Shown: piece after piece, positions 45,211 through 55,341 of the stretch | Layout of the letters: each line of letters begins with the position of its first letter | How positions within the stretch are numbered: the first letter of the stretch is position 1 | IMG/VR virus record: IMGVR_UViG_3300046167_000924 | Span: 96,001-160,000 of that record | DNA: 64,000 nucleotides | Source: a virus | Reading direction: 5' to 3' (one strand) | The notes under the pieces: model-generated | What the model saw: only the letters and a program-made list of their open reading frames with translations | What the model was told of the DNA's origin: nothing | Database searches by the model: none | Position numbers and translations under genes: made by a program

Positions 45211-48200
45211 ATGTTGTCGACTGCTATAGGTATAGAATTTAACGTCAATGATCTAGACGCTAATTACGAAATAATTGGAACTTCTGACAATTATTCATTT
45301 CAATACAAGCTTGGTCGCGGTAGTTCTTTAGTGGATGACGAAGGAGATCTCGCGCAGAAAACAATATCATTAAAGGGTAATTATGGCGAATTTAATGTAA
45401 AAGTTTTTGCGGTTAGCGATATTGGAATTAGATCTGCATTTATTGAAGATACAATCAGTGTTAGCGCGCCAGATTTTAGTGACACGTTTTCATTTTCTGA
45501 TATAAGAATATCTAAGCTTGGTCAACAAGTAAATATCGAACCAGAAGTAATTCAATCGCCCGATCAAAATAATAATAAATTAATTGTTTTTTCTGAGTAT
45601 GTAGATAGATCTGCGAATATAGAATGGAGCTTGACCCCTCCTCTTGGGCACGCGAAAGAAGGTCGACCATTATCTACTGAATTATTGAGTGATGCATTTT
45701 TTGATCATTTCAAAATAAGAATATTTAATACAGAAAATTCTATTGAGTTTACAGATTCTGAATTGAGTAATTCATCTGCACTGTCGAATGTTTTATTGAG
45801 TCCGGATGTTACTGGCTCACTTGAGTCTTATAGAGATTTTTCATTAAACTTAAATTCTTCTGTTTTTAATGATTTGAATTTTGATAGAAATATATCTGTA
45901 GAAGTTGTTTCGCACGATTCTTTTGGTAATACTGCGACTGGATTAATTAGTGGTATTAATTATTCTCCATCTGTGTTAAATTTAAGTGCTGCACTTAGAG
46001 GTTCTGATATATCGTTTTCTTGGATTCAAAATGATAGAGATTACAATTCAACTAGAATAAATGCTCTATCTATTCCTAAAGATCAACCTTTATATAATAG
46101 CGGCGATTTACAGGCGAGTTTAACTTACTATGAGGGTTTAGCTTCTGCTTCTAGGTGGGATGGCATAAGCAATTACAGGGTTGGAGATAAGGTTAACTAT
46201 CAAGGCGTTGTATATGAATGTAAAGTTGGTCATAACGCAAACACTTCTCGCATACCCCAAGAGTCTTATTGGTGGAAAACTCTTGAACCTGTTGTTGATT
46301 ACTCTCATAATGAATACCAAGTTATAGAACAAGCTTTAGAGCTTCGTCAAATATGGGGTTATAAATATTATTATACTTTTCAATCTGTTGACGGTTTTGG
46401 CACTGGTCAACTTTTTAACTTAACTGATGAAGGAATATCTCCAAAAGGTTCTGACTTTGATACTTTAGATCCATTTCTTTCTGAATTAAAAATTGGTAAT
46501 TTAAGATTTAGAGAAAGAGAAGATGATTTAGTATTTAATTGGGATATTGTTGATCAAGAAGGTAATACTGTTAATTTGGATGAATATAAATTTGCTTTAT
46601 CGAATAGTGATATTCCTTCTGTTTTAGGTATTAGTGGCTCTTTGTTTGATGCTGATACTAATTTATTTTTGACAGGAATAACAGAGGGTAGTAATTCTAG
46701 ATCAACGTTTATAGATGAAGATGGGCAGATAGGTATTGCGACAGAGCTTCCAAATACAGAAGTTTTTAACAGTTTTGAGTATACTAGACAATTAAACAAC
46801 GAAATTTATGGAACTGGAGGTTTTATTTTTACTGCCTATCCATTTGATAAGGATTTAACTTACGGACCAAATGATGTAGTTATCGGAGATGATGGGCAAC
46901 TGTATATTCCAGCCAGAGTTCCTCCAACTTACACAACGAATAAACCTACAGATTTTGATTCTTACGGTGTGCCTGGAACTTTTACCTTTGATAATGGGTT
47001 TTATTATTTATGCGTAGACAATAATACATGGCTAAGAAAAGCTTTAACTGTAGTTACTAGAGTATCTTCAAATGCTGGAGATGTTTATAGCGACGATAAT
47101 TTCCACTATATATGTATGGGTGGAACTTCTTGGGGTAAATTTCCTCTCGCTGAATTTGATAGATCTAAAGAGTCTTTTCCACAGGGGTTTCTTGGGCAAG
47201 TTTATTACGATCAAGAATATTTTAATGTTTATACCTCGCAAGGTTGGAAGAGTTCTGCTTTCGCAAATTGGGGTGGCTATTCGAGTTCAATAATTATCAA
47301 TGAATATGAAAGAACTAGACCTACTTATCCACTGTGGTTTGCTGGAGATAATTATGAGGTTGATGATGTTGTGGAGTACGATGGGCAGCTGCATAAAGTC
47401 GATGAAGCTTTTGGGCCTCAAAGCACTCTTGGTGTTTTTGATTATAATGTATCATACCCTTCTGGCGTACTTATTGTCGCCCCTGAAGATGGAACCGTGC
47501 AACCTTTTGAGGTTTATAGCTCTTTTGTTCCTGGCGATAAGGTAATATATAAAAAATCGATATACGAATCATTGACGTATCAATCTGAGTCGGAAATAGT
47601 GAAACCTGATTCGGATATTGATCAATGGAGACTTCTTTCTTTATTTAATGATATTGATTGTGCTATATTTAAATCTACTACTGAATTTCCTGTTATATAT
47701 TCAAATGATTTTGAGTTTCCTACTGATGGAAATATAAACTACCAGTCTGAAATTCCTACTTCAATTATAAATGCTGGTGATGCTGGTCAATTTGCATTGA
47801 GTGAAGGTTATTTGTATTTATGTATATATCAAAATAATTGGATTAGAGCAGCGATAACAATAGAAGAAAAAAGCGCAGGATCTGTTGGGGATAGAGATTA
47901 TGATGATAATTTTTATTACTTTTGCCTCGGTGGAACATCTTGGGGTAAGATAGCTTTAGCGGCTTCAACAAAATCTGATGCGGGTAGCGTGGGGGACATT
48001 TACTATGATTCGGATTTCTTTTATGTTTTAACAAGTTCTGGCTGGAAGAGGTTTACAATGCAGCGGTGGGCTTTTCTTCAGGTCGCCGTGTTGGATAGTT
48101 CTCACTGGGAGAAACAAAATCCTGAAATATCTGATAAGTTTAGCTTGTTGGTTCCGAGATTTCCTTACGAAGTTGACGACTGGTTAGCTACTGAGGATTA

Positions 48201-51200
48201 TTTTTCTGGGCAATTGGCTGTTTACGATAATACTATTTGGAGTGGTATTGTAGATAATGGACCAAACTTTTCAGACGGATACAAAATACCTAGTAGCTCT
48301 TCTGTATATTGGTCTGCGCCAAATATATCAACAAGTTTTGCTCCTGGAGATAGGGTTTATTATGACGGACAAATATACAAATCTTTACAAAGTAATCCAA
48401 CTGGTGCTCCAATATTTCCGTCTAATTCAAAAGATTATTCTAATGAATCAACTTATCAACAATCTCAGTGGGCGCCGTTTTGGGAACTGAATCAAGCTTA
48501 TGATGGCTTAGTTTTTAATCATATAGGTATACCCGAAAGCGGAAAGAGGAGTGTCGGTTTAGAGGTTGGTATAATTAATAACGAAGGAGATATACTTCAG
48601 TTAGATAGAATTACAGGATTTAATCCTGAGCCAAGTATCATTCCTCAAGGATTTCAAGCTGATAGTGTTAGTGAATCTACTAAAGTTAAATTTAATTTTA
48701 ATTATTCTTTCGGATCTCAGGAGAAGACCTCAAAAGTTCAATTATATAGATCTGAAAATCCTAATTTTAGCATTTTAGATTCCCAAGGTCTCCCTGGAGC
48801 TGGGGCTTCAACATTCGTGAAGGAAGTTTTAGGGGCGGGAGATGCAACGTTTGGTCAGAATATAACTCAAATAGTTGATGAACCTCCAATTCCGTCTATT
48901 CCTGGATACGGCGAACAAATTACAGGTTACTATTATAAAATACTTCCGTTTGATGATTTTGGATCTGGAGATTTATATGGAGTAACTAATAACCAAGGCG
49001 GACTTGAGAGAGTTTTGGTTTACCCAAAAAGCTTTAGCTCTCAGAACCCTAATGCTGTACCTGGAAGAGTATTTAGGACTAATCAAAATGATATTCCTGG
49101 GCCAGTTATCAATTTGACAGGAAGAACCGCTTTTGAGAATTTCTTTTTTAATTGGGAAATGCCAAATAGCAACCTCGGTATTGTTGGTAATATTCCTAAT
49201 GATATTAGTCATTACGAAGTTTGGCAGTCAGAAGATCCAACTTTATATTTCGGAGCTTTAAATAAAAGATTAAACCAACAAGACAATTCAAAGGGCTACC
49301 GAAGAATCGAAGCTGATATTGAAAGTACTGGTCCGATACCAATAGAACAGCAAGATCCAGCGTTAGGAATATCTAATGCAACTAAAATATTTGATATAGA
49401 CGCTCTATCTCCATTGGTTTCTGCTTCTCATTTTGGGGTAACTAATGATACAAGATATTTTTGGGTCAGAGCAGTTGATCACGCTGGAAATAAAAGTCCA
49501 TTTACTGGATCTGCAAATCTACAAAGTAATAATATAGAGGGATTGCAATTAATATTGGGTCAAGCTAAGACTACTGATATAGCAGATTTTGAGCAGAATA
49601 TATCTAATACATTTCATAATATTGTTTCTCTTGTTCCTAATAATCCATTTGTTGATAATGATCCTGATTCCTCTTCGATTAGATGGGATAGGCATTTTGT
49701 ATATCACAAGGGAATCGGTTATGTTATTGGTGGAGATTCATCTTCTGATAAATTTGTTTGGTGGCAACCTACTGGTAGTGTTGCAATAACTCCAACTCAA
49801 AGTGGTGAGTTAGGTTTAGTTGGGCCTGGTGGCGGGCCTTTAGATTCGTCTATAACAAACCCGCTAAGAAATGTATTGTATAGCGGAAACTATAACACAT
49901 TAAATTATCACCCTGCAGGTGGAGATGAAAATGATCCAATATTAGACTTTAATGATGGTGATTTTATTATAGCCAGAAATAGTCAAGGCGTTGCTACTCC
50001 TGTTTGGCACTCTTTTGCTAATGCAACTATTGGTACTGCGCAAATAGAAAATGCAGCAATTGTAGACGCTAAGATAAAAACTTTAACCGCTGATAAAATA
50101 ACAGCTGGAGTTATACAAGGCCAAGATGTTCAGGTCGGAGGAACTGGTCAAATAAGAAGCGCTGGCTTTGATGGTCTAGATTTAAATAGCGCAAATCCAC
50201 AACAAGGTTTTGCATTAAGTGGGGATGGATCTTTTGTATTTCAAACTGAGAATGGCAAATTATACTTCGATAATGATCAATTAGTTTTAGAAGGTAAGCT
50301 GAGGCAATCAGATGGCTCTGAGAATACATTTATATCAATGCGTGCAGAGCCAGATGTATTTATGTATGAAGAAAGAGAGGACGGAGCTTTTGTTCCTTCT
50401 TTATCTATAACTCCTCAGGAATGTAATATTATAGCTTCTTTTACTAATAGTGATGTATCTGGAAGTGATGTTCGATTTAAATTGTTGACAGATGCGGGTG
50501 ATGAAATTTTTGGTTACGACGACCAAAATGCCTACAGCGACTATGGTTTTAGCTATAATCCAAGTAGCGATTTTGATTCTTCTACATCAACTGCAACTGC
50601 AACATTAAATCTTGGTGATAGAAAAGATGTTAATGATCCAGGATTTGATTTTATTGTTCACGATGGAAATGACGACACTTTAGATTTTGGATCTGTAATT
50701 GTTTTTGCATCTGGAATTGGAGCTTCAACTGAACAGGCAGTTACTATAAGTATGCAGACCCAGGGATCAATGGGTAAAAGTCCAGTTTATAGGGGAATTT
50801 GGAATGCAAGTGACTCATATATTGGTATAAATTCTCCTGCTGCCGATGCAAGTTTCTTGAGGGGTGATGTTGTACATCATAATGGAACTTATTATATTGC
50901 TAAGGTAACTAATCAAGGCCCGGCAAATGAGCCACCCAATGATACTGTTTGGGATACATTTGGCGCACAATTTGAAAGTGTTGCAACTAAATTATTATTA
51001 GCTGAAGACGCTATTATTAGTCGCAAATTAACTTTAGGGTCAGCAACCGATGATTCTAATAACCCTGATCCAGGATCAAATGGTATTATACATACAGTAA
51101 ATAAAACTGGCATTTCTGATACTACTCCAGGATTTTATTTATCTAGCGATTCAAATAATTTCTTTGGGGTTGGAGATGCAAGTCAGTTTATTAGATTTAA

Positions 51201-52653
51201 GAATTCAGGTTTAAGCATAAACGCTCAGAATTTTACTTTCGGGGGAACTACTTCAAATATTACAGACAGCACTTTTAATCTTGGAAACTCAAGTTCATAT
51301 TTAAAAAATAACGGAACAAAGGTTGAAATTCAAACTGATTTATTTTATTTAGGTGATGGAGACTCATATTTTAAGTTTGATGTAACTGAAAGAAGAATAG
51401 AGATAAATACATCTTTTATTAATAACTCTTCAAGTCAAACAATAAATATATCAGATATTCAAGTTGGCGCCGATCCGTTAGCTATATTTATAGGTGGGGG
51501 ATATAATAATAGTATTTCATATACTAAAACCGTGGGATCTTTTAATAGCCTGGCTTCTTCTATAGTAGGCGGGGCTAATAATACTATCGAGGGAAGATTT
51601 TCTTTTATAGGAAATGGTTTTGATAATGATTGTAGGGATAATTTTTCAGCCATAGTCGGAGGATACAATAATGATATGCCGAAGGTTAGCGATCTAAATC
51701 AAGGAGCAAATATCATTGGAGCAGGGCAACATAATAAAATAAACGGTGGATCAGAGCAAGCTGTAGTTGGAGGAGGGTATAATGAAATATCCAACAATAA
51801 CACCTATCCTGTTTTGAATTTATTTCCTCATTACGGTAATAAAGATTCCTTTATGTATAATGTGTTTGGGGCTAGGCCTTTAAATAATTTTTCAAATTGG
51901 TACTCTAATTGGATTGGGATATTTTTTATAAGTACTGGTTCAATCAATTTACCTAATGGGCCTGACGATTTCGAGGGAATTTGGGCATCGTCTTCTACTT
52001 ATCAAAATAATGACTCAGTTCTTTATAATAAAGCTTTTTATAAAGCGAAAAAAAAGATGACATACCTAAATTCCTTGTGGAGCTCGAGTACATCATACAA
52101 TGTAGGTGATGTAGTTTCTTATGATGGGTCTACATACATTGCTCAAAATAATAGTACTAATGAAGTTCCTGACGATCCTAATCCCCCAGCCCAATATTGG
52201 GTTCTCGTTTACTCTAATAAAGTGGGTACAAACATAGAACCAGAAGTTCCTTTCGCGGGAACTAATCCTAATCCATCATGGCAAGACTATTGGGAAAAGC
52301 ATGAACCATCAAGTAATTATATTTTTTCAGGGTACGAAACATTTATTTTCTACTTTAATAGATTTGGTTCTCAGTCAAGCGATTGGACTTATATTTTAGG
52401 CGCCTCATATTGGGATCAAGGAGCTACAAAAGAAGGTTGGTTTTACACTGCAGTAAGCGGGTTCACTTCTATTGGTAATAAAGGTAAATTTAGGTGGATG
52501 TGGGCTTCTGAATTAACTCTTCAGGACAATATGGTTTATATAAGCAAATATGATGGCACTAATGATAGTTGGGCCCATGTTTATGATGACACAACTGGGG
52601 TAAACGCTGGCAAAATATACGTGTATCACAACAGTACTAATTATACTTTTTAA
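45211..52653 (+). CDS. giant tail fibre / host-specificity protein
   Basis: FN3-like segments, about 9 CBM5/12-like W..Y..GD.V.Y.G..Y motifs, DUF1983-like AQIENAAIVDAKI, SSIVGGANN head-like repeats. Confidence 0.8.
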   Translation: MLSTAIGIEFNVNDLDANYEIIGTSDNYSFQYKLGRGSSLVDDEGDLAQKTISLKGNYGEFNVKVFAVSDIGIRSAFIEDTISVSAPDFSDTFSFSDIRISKLGQQVNIEPEVIQSPDQNNNKLIVFSEYVDRSANIEWSLTPPLGHAKEGRPLSTELLSDAFFDHFKIRIFNTENSIEFTDSELSNSSALSNVLLSPDVTGSLESYRDFSLNLNSSVFNDLNFDRNISVEVVSHDSFGNTATGLISGINYSPSVLNLSAALRGSDISFSWIQNDRDYNSTRINALSIPKDQPLYNSGDLQASLTYYEGLASASRWDGISNYRVGDKVNYQGVVYECKVGHNANTSRIPQESYWWKTLEPVVDYSHNEYQVIEQALELRQIWGYKYYYTFQSVDGFGTGQLFNLTDEGISPKGSDFDTLDPFLSELKIGNLRFREREDDLVFNWDIVDQEGNTVNLDEYKFALSNSDIPSVLGISGSLFDADTNLFLTGITEGSNSRSTFIDEDGQIGIATELPNTEVFNSFEYTRQLNNEIYGTGGFIFTAYPFDKDLTYGPNDVVIGDDGQLYIPARVPPTYTTNKPTDFDSYGVPGTFTFDNGFYYLCVDNNTWLRKALTVVTRVSSNAGDVYSDDNFHYICMGGTSWGKFPLAEFDRSKESFPQGFLGQVYYDQEYFNVYTSQGWKSSAFANWGGYSSSIIINEYERTRPTYPLWFAGDNYEVDDVVEYDGQLHKVDEAFGPQSTLGVFDYNVSYPSGVLIVAPEDGTVQPFEVYSSFVPGDKVIYKKSIYESLTYQSESEIVKPDSDIDQWRLLSLFNDIDCAIFKSTTEFPVIYSNDFEFPTDGNINYQSEIPTSIINAGDAGQFALSEGYLYLCIYQNNWIRAAITIEEKSAGSVGDRDYDDNFYYFCLGGTSWGKIALAASTKSDAGSVGDIYYDSDFFYVLTSSGWKRFTMQRWAFLQVAVLDSSHWEKQNPEISDKFSLLVPRFPYEVDDWLATEDYFSGQLAVYDNTIWSGIVDNGPNFSDGYKIPSSSSVYWSAPNISTSFAPGDRVYYDGQIYKSLQSNPTGAPIFPSNSKDYSNESTYQQSQWAPFWELNQAYDGLVFNHIGIPESGKRSVGLEVGIINNEGDILQLDRITGFNPEPSIIPQGFQADSVSESTKVKFNFNYSFGSQEKTSKVQLYRSENPNFSILDSQGLPGAGASTFVKEVLGAGDATFGQNITQIVDEPPIPSIPGYGEQITGYYYKILPFDDFGSGDLYGVTNNQGGLERVLVYPKSFSSQNPNAVPGRVFRTNQNDIPGPVINLTGRTAFENFFFNWEMPNSNLGIVGNIPNDISHYEVWQSEDPTLYFGALNKRLNQQDNSKGYRRIEADIESTGPIPIEQQDPALGISNATKIFDIDALSPLVSASHFGVTNDTRYFWVRAVDHAGNKSPFTGSANLQSNNIEGLQLILGQAKTTDIADFEQNISNTFHNIVSLVPNNPFVDNDPDSSSIRWDRHFVYHKGIGYVIGGDSSSDKFVWWQPTGSVAITPTQSGELGLVGPGGGPLDSSITNPLRNVLYSGNYNTLNYHPAGGDENDPILDFNDGDFIIARNSQGVATPVWHSFANATIGTAQIENAAIVDAKIKTLTADKITAGVIQGQDVQVGGTGQIRSAGFDGLDLNSANPQQGFALSGDGSFVFQTENGKLYFDNDQLVLEGKLRQSDGSENTFISMRAEPDVFMYEEREDGAFVPSLSITPQECNIIASFTNSDVSGSDVRFKLLTDAGDEIFGYDDQNAYSDYGFSYNPSSDFDSSTSTATATLNLGDRKDVNDPGFDFIVHDGNDDTLDFGSVIVFASGIGASTEQAVTISMQTQGSMGKSPVYRGIWNASDSYIGINSPAADASFLRGDVVHHNGTYYIAKVTNQGPANEPPNDTVWDTFGAQFESVATKLLLAEDAIISRKLTLGSATDDSNNPDPGSNGIIHTVNKTGISDTTPGFYLSSDSNNFFGVGDASQFIRFKNSGLSINAQNFTFGGTTSNITDSTFNLGNSSSYLKNNGTKVEIQTDLFYLGDGDSYFKFDVTERRIEINTSFINNSSSQTINISDIQVGADPLAIFIGGGYNNSISYTKTVGSFNSLASSIVGGANNTIEGRFSFIGNGFDNDCRDNFSAIVGGYNNDMPKVSDLNQGANIIGAGQHNKINGGSEQAVVGGGYNEISNNNTYPVLNLFPHYGNKDSFMYNVFGARPLNNFSNWYSNWIGIFFISTGSINLPNGPDDFEGIWASSSTYQNNDSVLYNKAFYKAKKKMTYLNSLWSSSTSYNVGDVVSYDGSTYIAQNNSTNEVPDDPNPPAQYWVLVYSNKVGTNIEPEVPFAGTNPNPSWQDYWEKHEPSSNYIFSGYETFIFYFNRFGSQSSDWTYILGASYWDQGATKEGWFYTAVSGFTSIGNKGKFRWMWASELTLQDNMVYISKYDGTNDSWAHVYDDTTGVNAGKIYVYHNSTNYTF

Positions 52654-52666
52654 TTTTTTTAATATT

Positions 52667-53362
52667 ATGTCAACTCCTCCAAATACACCACCAATTAACC
52701 CCCCGGAAACTGAACCTACTCCGACTCAGCCACCTCAAGATTTTGGAAATATTGAATTTAATGCAACAAATTTAATTGGACAGGGAGCTACTAATCAAAT
52801 AATTAATTCTAGAAGGTCTTCAATATTAAACGGAACATTAAATACTATCGACGGTCTTTATAATACGCATATTATTGGAGATTTTGTTACCGCACAAGAA
52901 GATAATAAATTTTACGTAGGCTGCCCAAATGGTATGTGGGTTGGTGGTAGGGTATCTGCCACTTCTTATAGCTCGATATATTGCGATTCAAATATATTTG
53001 CAGAAGGAAGTATTGCTGCAGATGGAGATATTACTGCCGCTAACCTCTCTGATAAAAGACTAAAAGATAATATTTCCTTAATAGATAACCCATTATCTAA
53101 GATAATGTCTCTAGATGCAATTGAATTTAATTGGAACGATAAACAATCAACTCATCAAGGTCACGATATCGGATTAATCGCCCAGCAAGTTGAAAAAATT
53201 GCACCAGAAATAGTTAAAGAGAGAAGTAATGGGTATAAAGCTCTTAAATACGAAAAAGTAATTCCTTTGTTAGTTGGCGCAATCCAAGAGCAAGAAGAAA
53301 AAATACAAATACTAAATGAACGCGTAGAATACCTATTAGAGAAGATCAACTCTATGAGTTGA
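52667..53362 (+). CDS. tail fibre protein with intramolecular chaperone (peptidase S74)
   Basis: LSDKRLKDNI...GLIAQQVEKIAPEIV...LKYEKVIPLLVGAIQE. Confidence 0.9.
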   Translation: MSTPPNTPPINPPETEPTPTQPPQDFGNIEFNATNLIGQGATNQIINSRRSSILNGTLNTIDGLYNTHIIGDFVTAQEDNKFYVGCPNGMWVGGRVSATSYSSIYCDSNIFAEGSIAADGDITAANLSDKRLKDNISLIDNPLSKIMSLDAIEFNWNDKQSTHQGHDIGLIAQQVEKIAPEIVKERSNGYKALKYEKVIPLLVGAIQEQEEKIQILNERVEYLLEKINSMS

Positions 53363-54182
53363 TAACTTTCATTAACACTCTTGATTCTGAGGGTGGAATA
53401 TCTGAATAGTCGTTCCAATCTTTAACAGAATCATTTTGGTACAATCCTTTTTTCCAATAATCTCTTAATATAAATTTAAACTCTTCAAAATTAGAACAAT
53501 TTAATTTGTCTTTTGCTAGTGATTCAATCATTGAATATGGAGTAATTGATCCTAGTTGAGAATTTTGTTGAGGAGCGGATAGATTTGATTTGTCGATCTC
53601 ATCATCTCCTACGATATGAACATTAAGAAAGTTTCTAACACAGCGAACAAATGCTCGGTTACATGCAATTGTTTCTAAAAATTTGGTTGCGAAATTGCTT
53701 GTGTTGTTTAATGTCGCGTTTGCCATATCTTGAAATGTAACTGCTTGGCCACCTGTTTCATAATTTGGTAAAAACTTCATTTTGCAAGTTGCTGCTACGT
53801 GATCCATTTCACATTTAACAATATCATATTGTACATCCATAAAGCCTCTTAATTTTGCCAACTCTTTAATTCCGCTAAGCTTGATTAGTAGTTGATGATC
53901 TTTTAATCCTTCGATCGATCGAGGAACATCTTTCTTTCGAAGATCGAACCAAGATTTGTTTGGAAATAAATGCTCGTCCTTAATCATTGATCGCCAGTTA
54001 ACAGAGCCGTCTTCTGCAAATACATAATCTACATTACCTAGTAGTCCGTATTCGTCTCTTTGGAACTTTGCTGGGCCGTCTGCGTATTTTTTATTCAACG
54101 CTCTTTTTGTTACGGTTGGCGAAGTGGTTGTAGATTCGTATGTTACTGAATTATCAGATACTGTTTTTGTTTTGCGTGCCAT
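53352..54182 (-). CDS. putative single-strand annealing protein (Rad52/Sak/Erf-like)
   Basis: IKLSGIKELAKLRG and ETIACNRAFVRCVRNFL resemble the annealase MAxKRAxxRA motif. Confidence 0.4.
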   Translation of the reverse strand: MARKTKTVSDNSVTYESTTTSPTVTKRALNKKYADGPAKFQRDEYGLLGNVDYVFAEDGSVNWRSMIKDEHLFPNKSWFDLRKKDVPRSIEGLKDHQLLIKLSGIKELAKLRGFMDVQYDIVKCEMDHVAATCKMKFLPNYETGGQAVTFQDMANATLNNTSNFATKFLETIACNRAFVRCVRNFLNVHIVGDDEIDKSNLSAPQQNSQLGSITPYSMIESLAKDKLNCSNFEEFKFILRDYWKKGLYQNDSVKDWNDYSDIPPSESRVLMKVINS

Positions 54183-55341
54183 GGTTGTCATCGTTATAAA
54201 TTTTTAGTGTGTTTAATTCTTCCCAAAATTCTGGGCAGTCTATGATTTTATTCTCTGTCGCTGGCACATCATGAATCCATGCAGCTTTACTTGCATATGT
54301 TTGTCCGTTTGATATGATAGTTCTAGAGTTTTTATAACGAGTATTATCGCATATTTTATCAACATTGTCAAGATCTTTTTTTGTTTTATCTTGATGTAGT
54401 GTTATATTCCAGTCAAAAAACTTTAATCTTAAATCATTAATTTCATCTTCATTTTTGCATATTAGATTTAATGGTATGCCGTTTTTCTTTAGTGATTGAA
54501 TGTAATTTTCATCTGTATCTGATGATACTATATAATTGATTCTTAGTATACTAGATTTTATTGCGAGTAGATATTGCAATTTCATTGGTTGGTCTAGGAA
54601 GATGTTTGCCATTCGTCCATACGCCCACTGTGCAATATTCTGTTCGTCAAAACATTCATCTCCTAGGATGTTTATTGAGTTACCTTTTATGAAGTCTGTA
54701 GGCATTACATGATTTGGTATTACAGATATTGATGGTAGGTGATATTCTTTACCAATGTGAAATGTTTCAATGTTGTTTAGATTATTTTTTATATCAAGAA
54801 GTTTTAATACAGATTGCGCGATTTTCTCGGGCATAATCATGTTTATGGTTTTTGGGTTTTCTTGATTTGAAAACGAAGCCTTGTGTCCACCGCGGTGAGA
54901 TTCAAATAATTCGTGATTTTCTTTTTTACCCCAATATGGGCCGCAACATTCTTTGTATAGTATACTATATAGTGAAACTATTTTTTTATCAAAGCCTGAT
55001 GCTACATGAGTGCTAAATGAATCATTTCCAAAATGTAATAAACTATTTTGTATAATATAAAATGTTTGTTTTAGATTTGTTAATCCTGTATAATGTAAAC
55101 AGCCATTTATTTTTTTATCGTCTTTCTCTCCTATTTGTATGATGTCAATTCCTTCTTTTTGTAAATAGGGAAAAATCATTTGTATTACTTCATTATAATA
55201 GTCATAATTTTTAGCCTGCATCCCGCTACTCGCATGTAGGGTAATATACTTTTTAGACGGAATTGGGAAGAAGCAAGTTTCAACAAATGGTTTGTCGATT
55301 TTTACTCCACAAGATAATGCGTATTGTTCTATGAGGTGCAT
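54154..55341 (-). CDS. GT9 (heptosyltransferase-like) glycosyltransferase
   Basis: ITLHASSGMQAKNY, IIQIG, LHFGNDSFSTHVASGF. Confidence 0.8.
   Translation of the reverse strand: MHLIEQYALSCGVKIDKPFVETCFFPIPSKKYITLHASSGMQAKNYDYYNEVIQMIFPYLQKEGIDIIQIGEKDDKKINGCLHYTGLTNLKQTFYIIQNSLLHFGNDSFSTHVASGFDKKIVSLYSILYKECCGPYWGKKENHELFESHRGGHKASFSNQENPKTINMIMPEKIAQSVLKLLDIKNNLNNIETFHIGKEYHLPSISVIPNHVMPTDFIKGNSINILGDECFDEQNIAQWAYGRMANIFLDQPMKLQYLLAIKSSILRINYIVSSDTDENYIQSLKKNGIPLNLICKNEDEINDLRLKFFDWNITLHQDKTKKDLDNVDKICDNTRYKNSRTIISNGQTYASKAAWIHDVPATENKIIDCPEFWEELNTLKIYNDDNHGTQNKNSI

Noticed and set aside
45211-53362. Diversity-generating retroelement target
   Set aside because: No reverse transcriptase and no adenine-specific TR/VR nucleotide repeat seen; fibre repeats are diverged at protein level.
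21524-53362. Contractile tail sheath or baseplate wedge genes
   Set aside because: None recognised; the lambda-like M/L/K/I/J set indicates a non-contractile tail, though genes outside the window cannot be excluded.
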